In this document: positions 51,223-62,252 of the stretch, in pieces
Position numbering within the stretch: position 1 is the stretch's first letter
Layout of the letters: every line of letters starts with the position of its first letter
Program-made: the position numbers and the translations under genes
Notes under the pieces: generated by a model
The model's input: only the letters and a program-made list of their open reading frames with translations
Databases searched by the model: none
Told to the model about the DNA's origin: nothing
Assembly (NCBI RefSeq): GCF_964355755.1
Contig: NC_092671.1
Location: forward strand, 20,770,001 to 20,834,000
Reading direction: 5' to 3'
From: Antedon mediterranea
Lineage: Eukaryota > Animalia > Echinodermata
Length of the DNA stretch: 64,000 bases

Positions 51223-51820
51223 AATTAGAGGGTACTCTGAGAGTACAAACCTCCGCCTACTGTAAAATTCCCCTACATAAAATGTCCCCGGAAAAAATAT
51301 ATATATTTTAAATATTTTGTTTTATTTATAGTTCTAAGTGTAAATAGGCTAACTGCACACTACAAAGTTGTTGATGAGCCTTTGGTGTAATGGTTATGTA
51401 TCCAGCCTCTCACAGTTGAGATCACTGGTTGAAGTCCCACTGAGGGTTTTTTTTTTAATTATTTTTTTATTTCTTTTTTTGTTTGTTTTTTGTGGACCTT
51501 GATCTTTGACCCTGACCCTTCAAAATTTAACCACAATTATATGATGAGTCATTGGTCATTGTGGCTTATTTTGGTGAGATTTGGATAAAAACTGTGGTCT
51601 CTAGGCAGTAAAATAGTTTTTTGTTAGTTGTGACCTTGACATATGACCTTTTCCCCTCAAATTCGAACTCGTCCGAGCTTTTGAGGCATAGATCATTGTG
51701 GCCAAATTTAGTGAGAATCGAATAAAAACTGTGGCCTCCAGGCTGTTCACAGACACACACAAACACACAAACATACAAACATACAGGGGTGAAAACATAA
51801 CCTCCTTGGCGGAGGTAATA
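51223..51820 (-). mobile_element. HINE family 2a element with internal tRNA-like cassette
   Basis: 5' TTATTACCTCCGCCAAGGAGGT plus TGTT/TGTG microsatellite; 3' GGCGGAGGT plus hairpin GTACTCTCAGAGTAC plus CTCTAATT. Inverted copy at 55765-56333. Confidence 0.88.
51378..51456 (+). pseudogene. tRNA-Glu(CTC)-like pseudogene / Pol III cassette inside HINE-2a
   Basis: A box TGGTGTAATGG, anticodon-like loop CTCTCAC, B box GGTTGAAGTCC (GGTTCAATTCC in the 56108-56180 copy), then a T10 run. Confidence 0.55.
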
Positions 51821-52729
51821 AAGATTTCTTACCATAACAATAGGTGATCATTTTATTCTAAATGATCACCTAATAATAACAATAATAACCATTTTGTATT
51901 TCTCAGTACATAACACCCGACGCCAGTACCTCCCTATACTCACAAACCCCAACCCCTCTTCAATAACACCCAACACTCCTTTTTTTTCTTCTTCTTCCCA
52001 GGGCAAATTCAATTCAACTTCAGCTTCAAATTGAGAGGGGTATACATACCTATGATAGGCCTATGGTTTAAGTACGTTGTAAACTGTGTAAATAAATAGG
52101 TGTCTGATAATTAAAATATCTAATTTTGATACTGCGAACCCTCCTCTCACCATCCAGCCACAATCAACACACCTTAACTCCTCCCCTGGACAGTTTAAAT
52201 GTAGTAACTTTTCCTATTACAATTCCAATCATATAGGCTCCTTCATTATGCCAGTATTTTCAGTCCTCCTCCTCCCCCTCCAAACACACCCCAGATACTG
52301 GGTGATGTGTTTAAGACGGTTCCAGTACAAAATATGTTAGCCATCACTCCCAACCCATAATCCCGCAGTGTCAGTTTTCAAAAGTAGTTTAAAACATTCC
52401 CAATACAGTTTCGGTCATGGTGATACTGAATACTGAAATGCTTTATTTGTCCATCATCATCATAAAATAACAACAGAAATTCTTCTTGAAGATTGACAAT
52501 TAGTACAAAAATAAATAGATATACAATATAATATATTATGTACACACACATAATTGCACAAAAAATACAAGTTATGAAACATGGTGTAAAAATGACTAGG
52601 TATTAAAATTGAATGGGATTCAGGAGATTAAAATAGTTTAAAACAGCTTTAAAAGGATTAAAAACAGCTTTAAAAGGATTCAAACCATTAGAATGTTCCT
52701 ATAGGCCTACATCCCCACCCCAAACTCCC

Positions 52730-53675
52730 AGCCCCTTCCCATGGATAATTAAAATACTTTAACATTTTCCAACCACAATTCTGGTCAATTTGATAGCCTA
52801 CTACCCCTAGCCTAAGCAAAATCCCCACTATCTTCTGAACCCCAACTCCCACACCCGATCTCCTATCCAAATCCCGGACTTTTTAAAATGTACTTTAAAA
52901 CCTTCCCGGTACAATTGCGATCATTTTGATACCCCATAATGTATGGTTACATGCAGAAACAGAAATTTGTATAACGAAAAAACATTGAAAGTGGGCCATT
53001 TTGACCACCTTTTGGCCCCTCTTGGATCCTAGATGGCGGATGATGTGATGGTAGAACACAGTAACAGTAAATAACATGTATATGTTCACACAGGAATGGA
53101 TGTCTGTAATGAGACAATCCAAGAGACTGATACATAGCTGGATATGGTAAAAGTACTTTGCTAAATGTGTAAATGAATAGGTGTCCTATTGGTTAATGAT
53201 TAAAATATGTATATCTATATCTATATTTCCCCAAACACCTTCCTAAGGATAATTGAAATACTGTAAATTTTTTGTAGTATAATTTTACAATTCGATAGCC
53301 TACAACCCCGAACCCAAGCAAAAATGCTATTCAAATGACATCACAAACCACCACCTCGCCACCTCCCATAAAAACCCCAGGACTCGGGGAATTTTTAAAA
53401 TGTAGTTTAAAACCTTCTGGGTACAATTGCGATCATTTTGATACCCCACATATATAATTACGTGCAGAAACAGAAATTTGTATAACGAACAAACATCAAA
53501 AGTGTGAAAAGTGGGCCATTTTGACCACATTTTGGCCCCTAACTTGGATCCTAGATGGTGGATGATGTTCAAATGTAGTTTATAACCTTCCCAGTACAAT
53601 TCCGGTCATTTTGATGCCCTATATATAAGGTTACGTGCAGTAACAAAACAGAATCTCTCACTTATAATATAGATG
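52730..53675 (-). repeat. ~500-bp tandem duplication ending in a Helitron-like 5' end
   Basis: 52730-53050 is repeated at ~53235-53570. The minus strand at 53673 reads A|TCTATATTATAAG. No 3' CTAG hairpin was found. Confidence 0.5.
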
Positions 53676-53769
53676 ATCACCTAACTACCCAGTGATATAC
53701 TGTAAATAAATTCACTTTAAATTGTCATAGAAGTTTGTGTCTGATAATATTTGATCACACATAAAATAG

Positions 53770-54337
53770 TTTACCTCCGCCAAGGAGGTATATGTAATCG
53801 ATCGCATGTGTTTGTTTGTCTGTTTGTTTGTTAGCAGGATTACTCAAAAAGTAATTTAAAGATCTTTACCAAAATGAATATACAGATAGATATGTGGTCA
53901 AGGACCATTCCATTAATTTTGGGACTATTTGTTAAAAGATAGGACAAAAATTTCAAAAGCCGGTGAGCAGTCTTATAGTAACAAGTAAACTAAAATTGTA
54001 TTTTCTCGAGAACTACTTGTCCAAAAAACTTCATTTTTGTACAAGAGGTAAGAGTTATATTTTGTGATTTGTAATTTTAAAAACATAATTAGATTTAATG
54101 TACAAGTTTTTTGATGAAAGTAGTTTAAAAATCCTATTTCTTTTCAAATTCACTCGTTTGATTTTTGCGTTTCTGTTCTATTGTTAGTTGAAAGGCGGGT
54201 TACATAACCTTTACACTAAACTCGTATACACATGCTTGTAGTAAGATTAGCCTAATTCACACACAGCATTAAGACACACACTTTCCGGTGACTAAATCTG
54301 ATGTAGAAGAATTTTACAGTAGGAGTGGCTTTCTAGT
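53770..54337 (+). mobile_element. HINE family 2b element
   Basis: TTTACCTCCGCCAAGGAGGT plus (TGTT)n ... GGAGTGGCTTTCTAGTT; homologous to 26037-26677. Confidence 0.85.
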
Positions 54338-54354
54338 TATAAACCAAGCTGATT

Positions 54355-54800
54355 ACTAGACAGCTAAAACTGTGGGCTGGCTGGATTACAATCATGAAGC
54401 AAACAAATATGTGCTGGTATTTCAGAAATGCTTTATTAAACTGTCAAACTTTAAAGTTAATTGTACTGGATTAATTTATGAGGTATAACTTTCATCATTG
54501 GTCAACAAAGGCAATTTAAGCATTTTGGTAAAATGTTACTGTATTTCAAGCAGAATATTGATCATTGATAATAGACAAGGAAATGAGATGGTAACTACAA
54601 AAATAAAATCCAATTATTAGGGGAAAAAGATTTTTGTCTTCATGATCTACCATGCAAAATAGCAAAAAAAAAATCAACAAAACTACCCTGGATTTCAGTA
54701 TTGCAGAATAATGATAAAAATGAAGGACTGGCCTCAACATGGAACGAGGAAAAAATTGAGTAAAGAAACATTAATTAAATATATTTTAATGTTTAGCATT
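54355..54800 (+). repeat. ~450-bp duplication of 39327-39790
   Basis: Shared TAGACAGCTAAAACTGTGGGCTGGCTGGATT...GACTGGCCTCAACATGGAA...AAACATTAATTAAATATATTTTAA. Confidence 0.85.
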
Positions 54801-55008
54801 TAATATGTAATGTAAATGAAAGAAATTTTATAGGAATTAAAGAATTTTATAGTTGATTGTGATCCTAATGGGTTAAAACGTGTCAAATCAACCAATGGTG
54901 ATATGAGTCACGCCACAGATTTGGCTGAATTTTTACACTGTACCATATATATATATATATAGATCCTGTCCACTCCGGCAGCGCTTGTCTGATACATCTA
55001 TCCATCTT

Positions 55009-55050
55009 TGTCCACTGATGAAGGGCTAGTGTTGCCCAAAAGCTCTGCAA
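55009..55050 (+). ncRNA. Degenerate minimal type I hammerhead ribozyme in a Penelope-type repeat (second copy 61381-61422)
   Basis: CTGATGA-A-GGGC-loop-GCCC-(A)AAA-GCTC-TGCAA. Stem I TTGCA/TGCAA is reconstructed from the two copies. The core GAAA is mutated in both. Confidence 0.65.
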
Positions 55051-55149
55051 ACTTTTCTGGCTGTTTCACTTTGATTTAGCTTTTCGCATTTTTTTGTATC
55101 TCCAGTGAGATCCAGCCACTGATTTTTTCAGTATTTTGCCTTTGGATTT

Positions 55150-55339
55150 ATATATATAAACATCACAGGCACAGAATAAATTCTAAACCGCCCTCAGATA
55201 TACTGAAATTTAATGAATTAATTTGAAACGATAAGATGAGGAAATCTGTGAGAATGAGAAAAAGTCGGCCCAACCAAGACTCGAACCCGGAACCTTCTGC
55301 TTGATATGCAGATGTCCTAACCATTAGAACACTGGGGCT
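55150..55339 (-). mobile_element. tRNA-derived SINE; partial copies at 55470-55630 and 32565-32695
   Basis: Head: A box TGTTCTAATGG, stem TCTGC/GCAGA with a 7-nt loop ATATCAA, B box GGTTCGAGTC. Non-tRNA body and (TA)n tail are shared with the other copies. Confidence 0.75.
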
Positions 55340-55764
55340 TTCATGGTATTGTTCAAACTCGATTGGATAGCGACTCCTCAACAATTGTATGAACGCGCAC
55401 CAGAGATCAAATTGATACAGCCTCATCTTTCAGTATTTTATTCACGAAGCAGGATCTCGGAAGAGATACTTTTATATATATAAACACAACAGGCAAAGAA
55501 CATTAATTCTAAACCCGCCCAGTGATATACTGAAATTTAATTAATTCATTTGAAATGATAAGATGAGGAAATCTGTGAGAATGAGAAAAAGTCACCCCAA
55601 CAGAGATTCGAACCCAGACTTTCTGCTTGAAATTTAAATTTCAATATTAACCACCATTTAAGCTGTTTTTTTAGTTGTATTCCAAAATTGTTTATATCTA
55701 CCAAGCTATCTTCTTTGTTTTCTACCAAATATCTCCACCCTCTATTCCATATGCCTCTTTTGTT

Positions 55765-56333
55765 TTATTACTTCCGCCAAGGAGGTTATGTTTTCACCCC
55801 TGTATGTTTGTGAACAGCCTAAAGGCCACAGTTTTTATCCGATTCTCACCAAATTTGGCCACAATGATCTGTGCCACAAAGCTTGGACGAGTTCGAATTT
55901 GAGGGGAAAAGGTCATAATAATAATAAGGTCACAACTAACAAAAAACTATTTTACTGCCTAGAGACCACAGTTTTTATCCGATTCTCACCACACTTATAT
56001 TAGCCAAAATGATCAATGACTCATCATATAATTGTGGTTAAAGGGTCAGGGTCAAAGAAGAAGGTCCACAAAAAACAAACAAAAAAGAAATAAAAAAATA
56101 ATAATTGAAAAAAAAAATTAATGGGAATTGAACCAGCATCTCCACTGTGAGAGGCTGGATACATAACCATTACACCAAACTATCATCCACAACTGTGTAG
56201 TGTGCAGTTAGCCTATTTACAATAAAATAATTTTAAAAAATATTAAAAAAAATATTTATTTTTTCTGGGGACATCTTATGTAGGGGAATTTTACAGTAGG
56301 CGGAGGTTTGTACTCTCGGAGTACCCTCTAGTT
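55765..56333 (+). mobile_element. HINE family 2a element
   Basis: TTATTACTTCCGCCAAGGAGGT ... GGCGGAGGTTTGTACTCTCGGAGTACCCTCTAGTT; reverse complement of 51223-51820. Confidence 0.88.
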
Positions 56334-57120
56334 GGTTATCCGCAACGAAGTTGCAGGATAACCTCTTGTGATTGTACGAAATCATCATCATCATCATCTT
56401 TTTTTAGCTATCCGCATTCAGCGGATAACTCCTTGTAACTGTCCTGTTTCATCATCTTGCGGATAACTCCTTGTAACTGTCCTGTTTCATCATCTTTTTT
56501 TTTTTCTGTATTATTAGTTATCCGCTTAGTAGCGGATAACTCCTTGTAATCGTCCTGTTACTTTTTTCTTTTTTTTAGTTATCCGCACTTGGCGGATAAC
56601 TCCTTGTGATTGTATGGGATCATCATTTTTGTTTCTGTATTATTAGTTATCCACATTGAGCGGATAACTCCTTGTAATCGTCCTGTTTCAATTTTATTAG
56701 TTAACCGCACTTGGCGGATAACTCCTTGTTATTGTATGGGATCAATATTTTTTTGGTTATCCGCACTTGGCGGATAACCCCTTGTTATTGTCAGGATCTT
56801 TTTTTTTTTTTTTCTTTTCTATCTTATTAGTTATCCGCATAGTAGCGGATAACTCCTTGTAATCGTCCTGTTACTTTTTTTTAGTTATCCGCATTCAGCG
56901 GATAACTCCTTGTAACTGTCCTGTTTCATCATCTTTTTTTTAGTTATCCGCTTAGTAGCGGATAACTCCTTGTGATTGTAGTGGATCCATATTTTTTTTT
57001 TTTTTTTGGTTAAGTTGCGGATAACCCTTGTGATTGTAAATATCTTTTTCTTCTTCATTAGTTATCCGCTTAGTAGCGGATAACTCCTTGTGATTGTAGT
57101 GGATCAATATTTTTCTTTTT
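56334..57120 (+). repeat. Array of 13 stacked HINE-1 5' ends (palindromic head plus T-rich tail)
   Basis: Units of ~50-75 bp: (TA/G)GTTATCCGC-loop-GCGGATAAC(T/C)CCTTGT..., each ending in a poly-T/TC tract. Two units lack the left arm. Confidence 0.9.
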
Positions 57121-60100
57121 CTGTATTATTCTTCTTTCTTTCCCAGAATTTTGTGGCACGCATATCTGTCATTCTTATAAACATAACATGTCATAACTTT
57201 GACAACATGTGGGCATTTACGTGAAGTTGTGCACCTCCTATTTTGAATGACGTCAGAGTTGCGCAACGTGACTTACGCGCGATTTTATGATTTTTAATGA
57301 TTGATCATAGCTTAAAAACCAAGCGTAATTTTTTTTTACCCTTTATGAAAATTTAAGTCATATCAATGGCAAACTTTTAGTTAACTAAAAATGGCGTGTT
57401 TTACAAGAAGTTACGCGCGTACGCGCATTTAAAATTTTAAAATGCACAAAATTAATTTCTAATCATCAGAAATGCGCAACGTACCTTACGCATGTTTTTA
57501 TGAATTTCGCGTTTTTAACATATATCGAAAACCATATAACAACGTAAATTGAAACTTAACAAAAGTTTAATTTATATCTTGCGCTAGCTGACTGTGGAAA
57601 AAAATGGCATGTTTCACACGAAGTTACGCGCGCATGCGTGTTTAAAATTTCGAAGTGCGAAAAATCAATTTCTAATCAACTTTCTACGCGTTTCATGTCC
57701 TTTTGAGCATGTAAAAAATTCCCACGCACGCGCATTTTTTTACGCGCAAGGTGTTGTTGAAAACAATTTTTTTTGCGTGATTTATGTTTTTTCAGCCTTT
57801 TCTAGTAATTTTACCAACTTTTAAACAATTTCGACTTAAAACTACGTCATACGGGCACGTTGAATTGGATAATTTACGTGCGTTTTAATGCCAAACGTGG
57901 CGTTTGTCGTGCGGATAACTAACTCGTCAAAGTGACGAGTTTCATGTCTAGTTCTTCTTTCTTTCCCGGAATTTTGTTCGCAGCGTATCTCTAATTCTGG
58001 TCAACATAAGATTGTATAACTATAGTCATAAGATTGACCTGTAGCTGTAGATATGCAAGAAACTTCTCTATATGACGTTAGAGTCGCGCAGCGTAAGTTA
58101 CGCGCGATTTTATGAATTTCAATGATTGATCATAGATTATAAACCGAAAGTCATTTTGTATTGACACTTGGTGAAAATTTAAGTCATATCAAGGGCAAAC
58201 TTTCTATGGATTAAAAATGGCATGTTTCATAGAAAGTTATGCGCGCACGCGCGTTTAAAATTTCAGAATGCGAAAAATAAACTTCTAATCAACTTTCTAA
58301 TCAATTTTCGCGTGATTTATGTTTTTTTCAGCCTTTTCTAGTAATTTTTCCAACTTTTAAACAATTTCGACTTCAAATTACGTCATACGAGCATGTTAAA
58401 TTGTACAATTTGTGCGCGTTTTTGATGAAAAAGTTCAAAAAATCGTCAAAATTATGCCTTATTTTAAACAGTCGTAGTTTCTAAACTAAACGGAGAAAGT
58501 TATTTTTATTACATATTCTGGAAGATGATAAATTGTAGATATGGAATCATGCATTGATATGGCGAATCGATAATTGTGATGTCATCGTATGGCCACACAA
58601 ATATAAAATATAGGATTTTTGTATCTTTCATTATAGCTCATCACATTTAATAGAGCGCATCTCCAATTATCTGTTTTCCATTTTCACCCCGATTTTTATA
58701 TTATCTAGGTCAATCAACTATCTTTCGCATGAGTTAAAAATAATTTTAATTTTTATGACGTCATCATGTCTAAAAATGAAAATAACGTGGGTCCCCTATT
58801 TTCATCTTTACAGTAAATTTCAATCTGTTATAGCTCATCAGAATAAAAAGTGATAATCATGATTAAAACGTTTTCTGGAAGCTATTTGATTGTAGATATG
58901 AATTCATGTGAATATTTTGCCAATCAGATGTTGTGACGTCATCATATGGCCAGTTGAATTCAAAAAGTCATATTTTCATCTCTTGCGTAAAAGTTCATTG
59001 CGTTTAAACGAGAGCGCATCTCACTTTTACGTGCCCAAAATTCTTCAAATTTGTAATAATGTAATTATTTAGATAATTATCTTCTAAAATAGTTATCTTT
59101 ATATGTCAATTTGATGATGTCATCGTGTTAATAATTGGATTTAAAAGATGGGTCTCGCAATTTCGTCTATGCTACAAACATGTATATAACATAATACAGT
59201 GTATTCTGTAAATACTGTAATATGCTGTATGCTACAAAATAGGTACAATTCAGCACTGTAAACATATTTAATTCATGTCATAGAATGGCATAATAATTGT
59301 CGGCGTTCATATATTTTAAACGTATGTGCATGTTGCGTTTGCGTGGATAACCCGAACTAGTCAAAGTGACGAGTTCAAATCTAGTTTTTCTATCTTATTC
59401 TTCTTTCTTTCCCGGAATTTTGTTCGCAGCGTATCTCTAATTCTGGTCAACATATGATTGTATAACTTTGTAATAAGATTGACCTGTAGCTGTAGATGTG
59501 CAAGAAACTTCGTTATATGACGTTAGAGTCGCGCAGCGTAAGTTACGCGCCATTTTATGAATTTCAATGATTGATCATAGATTATAAACCGAAAGTCATT
59601 TTGTATTGACACTTGGTGAAAATTTAAGTCATATCAAGGCCAAACTTTCTATGGATTAAAAATGGCATGTTTCACAAAAAGTTACGTGCGCACGCGCATT
59701 TAAAATTTCAAAATGCGTAAAATTAATTTCTAATCAACTTACGCTGATCATGACATTTTGAGCATGTCAAAATTTCCCACGCGCGCGGAGCGCACGTAGC
59801 GTTAAAAACAGATTTTTTTCGTGTGATTTATGTTTTTTCAGCCTTTTCTCGTAATTTTAACAACTTTTAAACAATTTCGACTTAAAATCACGTCATACGA
59901 GCACGTTGATTTAGACCATTTGCGCGCGTTTTAGTTGAAAAAGTTACAAAATATTGTCAATATTATGCCTATTTTGAATCTATTATAGCTCTAAAATTTA
60001 AAAATGCGAAAAAACAATTTCTAATCAACTTTCTATGTGTTTCAAGTCATTTTAAGCATGTCAGAAATTCCCACGCGTGCGCAAATTTTTACGTGTGCGA

Positions 60101-61302
60101 TGCGCACGTAGCATTACAAATATATTTGTCGCGTGATGATTTATGTTTTTCCAGCCTTTTCTAGTAATTTTACCAACTTTTAAACAATTTCGACCTAAAG
60201 TTACATCATACGAGCACGTCGAATTGGACAATTTGCGCGCGTTTTTGATGAAAAAGTAAAAAAATTCTTCAAAATTATGCCTTTTTTTAAACAGTCGTAA
60301 TTTCTAAACTACACGATCAATTTTTTGTGAATGACATATTCTGGAAGTTGATAAGTTGTAGATGAATCATGTATAAATATGGCTAACCGTACATTGCGAC
60401 ATCATCATATGGCCACGTGAATATCAAATTTAGGATTTCTGTATCTTTCGTCATAGCTCATCACATTTAATAGAGCGCATCTCCACTTATTCGTTTTCCA
60501 TTTTCACCCCGATTTTGATATCGTCTAGGTCAATCAACTATCTTTCGCACGAGTTAAAAATATTTTATTCATGCCTAAAAATTACGTGTGGCATTAATTT
60601 CATCTTTACAGTAAATTTTAATCTGTTATAGCTCGTAAGAATGGAATGTGATAATCACGATTAAAACGTTTTCTGGAAGGTATTGGATTGTAGATACGAA
60701 ATCATGTAAACATTTTGCCAATCGGATGTTGTGACGTCATCATATGGCCAGTTAAATAAAAAAAGTCGTATTTTCATCTTTTGCGTCATAATTCATTACA
60801 TTTAAAAGAGCGCGCATCAATATTTCACGTATTCAAATTTCTTCTACACGCTAATATGTTGTTGCTGAGATAATTTCCTTCCGAAATTGCTATCTTTGTA
60901 TTTCATTTTGATGCCGTCGCCATGTTAAAATTTGGAATAAATGGCAGCTCCCTTAATTTCACCTAATCTATACCGACTGTAATGGAATAGACCAAATCGT
61001 TTATTTCCTACCTATTTCAATAATGTAGCAGGCCAAGACGTTATTTTTACAGGATAGAGGGAGGCAAACAATATTTTTCTCGTATCAGAGCCGTTCATCG
61101 TTGTTAGGAGATATGTGATTTCTATTCTGGTTTGTTTGTCAGTTGCTTGTCCGGCCTGTAGGTCATAATGCCAACGTGAACACTTCGTTTTGGCCTCAAC
61201 CTATCCTCTTAATGTTAAATGGTACGTCGTTAAACGTCCATGTTTCACCACTTGCGCGGCGGATAACCAAACTCGTCAAAGTGACGAGTTTAATGTCTAG
61301 TT
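57121..61302 (+). mobile_element. Three head-less HINE-1 bodies in tandem (to 57953, 59386 and 61302)
   Basis: Each starts TTCTTCTTTCTTTCCC(A/G)GAATTTTGT and ends G(C/T)GGATAAC plus hairpin ACT(C/A)GTCA-AAG-TGACGAGT plus CTAGTT (CTAG at 57948, 59381, 61297). Confidence 0.88.
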
Positions 61303-61457
61303 TCTTTTATTCCTGTCCACTCAGGCAGCACAATTGCCTGATACAGTATATATCTATCTATCATGTCCAAGTACCTTCACTTGCACTGATGAAGGAATAG
61401 TGTTGCACCAAGGCTCTGCTAACTTTTCTGGCTGTTTTACTTTATCGTTTTGATTAA

Positions 61458-62005
61458 AGATGTATTGTCCCTTGAAACACAAAAAAATGAAGGTCAAAAT
61501 ATTCTAAATTTAAAGTGGCCATATCAAAGTAATATTAAAGTTATTCACTTTAAGTCGAAAATTTGAGCCAAAAACAACAAGTTTACGTAATTAACAGGTA
61601 AATTAGTTTGATTACATTTCATCTGGAAAATCGTCACGAGCAAAAGTAAACAAAGATTTCAAACCATTAGTACGCATTATGCATATGCTAAATTAGGATT
61701 GTATACAACTCGTCACGGTTAAGAAGGTATTTTCACACAGATCATGAGGAAGTTTTATGATTATGCATACAGAGTAGCCAAACAAGCGCGTTTCATTATG
61801 GGATATGTTTTGATTGAAAACTTTGACTGGAAGTCAAAGTAATTTTTTTAACAAAAAAACGTCTGTATTTCAGTTAAATTATTTTTTTTTTCGAAAAATT
61901 GTTGGTGATAGTTAATAACTATTATGATACTTCAAAATGACCCACGTTTTTTCGAAATCTTTTATTTTTTATTTTTTTGGAATTAGTCAAAGGGACAATA
62001 CATCT
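61458..62005. mobile_element. Kolobok-like MITE (548 bp) with TTAA TSD, inserted in the Penelope-type repeat
   Basis: TTAA|AGATGTATTGTCCCTT ... AAGGGACAATACATCT|TTAA. The flanks rejoin to match the uninterrupted repeat copies at 57-75 and 55070-55088. Confidence 0.88.
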
Positions 62006-62252
62006 TTAAGCTTTTCGCTTTTTTTTGTATCTCCATTGAGATCCAGCCACTGATACTCACAGCATTGTAATTTTTTCAGTATTTTGCCTTTGAATGACTT
62101 GACATGTTTCAAGAAACTATTTTCATCATCAGAACAGAAAAAAACGCCTAGAGTACTTATATACCAATAGGACAGGTTGTATGAGGAAGTAATTACCATG
62201 ATAAAACAACAAGGAACGTAGGCAACAAACAATCATATGGTAAGCGTGACAC

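Larger units (their letters stand above)
45130..51875 (-). mobile_element. HINE family 3 element (minus strand) hosting the Gypsy element and a HINE-2a
   Basis: Head hairpin TAGGTGATCATTTTATTCTAAATGATCACCTA at 51841-51872. Core body at 50061-51220 and ~45290-45635 matches the reverse complement of 57120-61300. The 3' terminus was not clearly seen. Confidence 0.55.

Noticed and set aside
55266-55339. Functional tRNA gene
   Set aside because: Mismatched acceptor stem and a non-canonical anticodon loop (ATATCAA); attached to a repeated SINE-like body.
56334-57120. CRISPR array
   Set aside because: Eukaryotic context and no cas genes. The 'spacers' are homologous, T-rich and not unique, and the palindromic 'repeat' is the 5' end of the adjacent HINE family.
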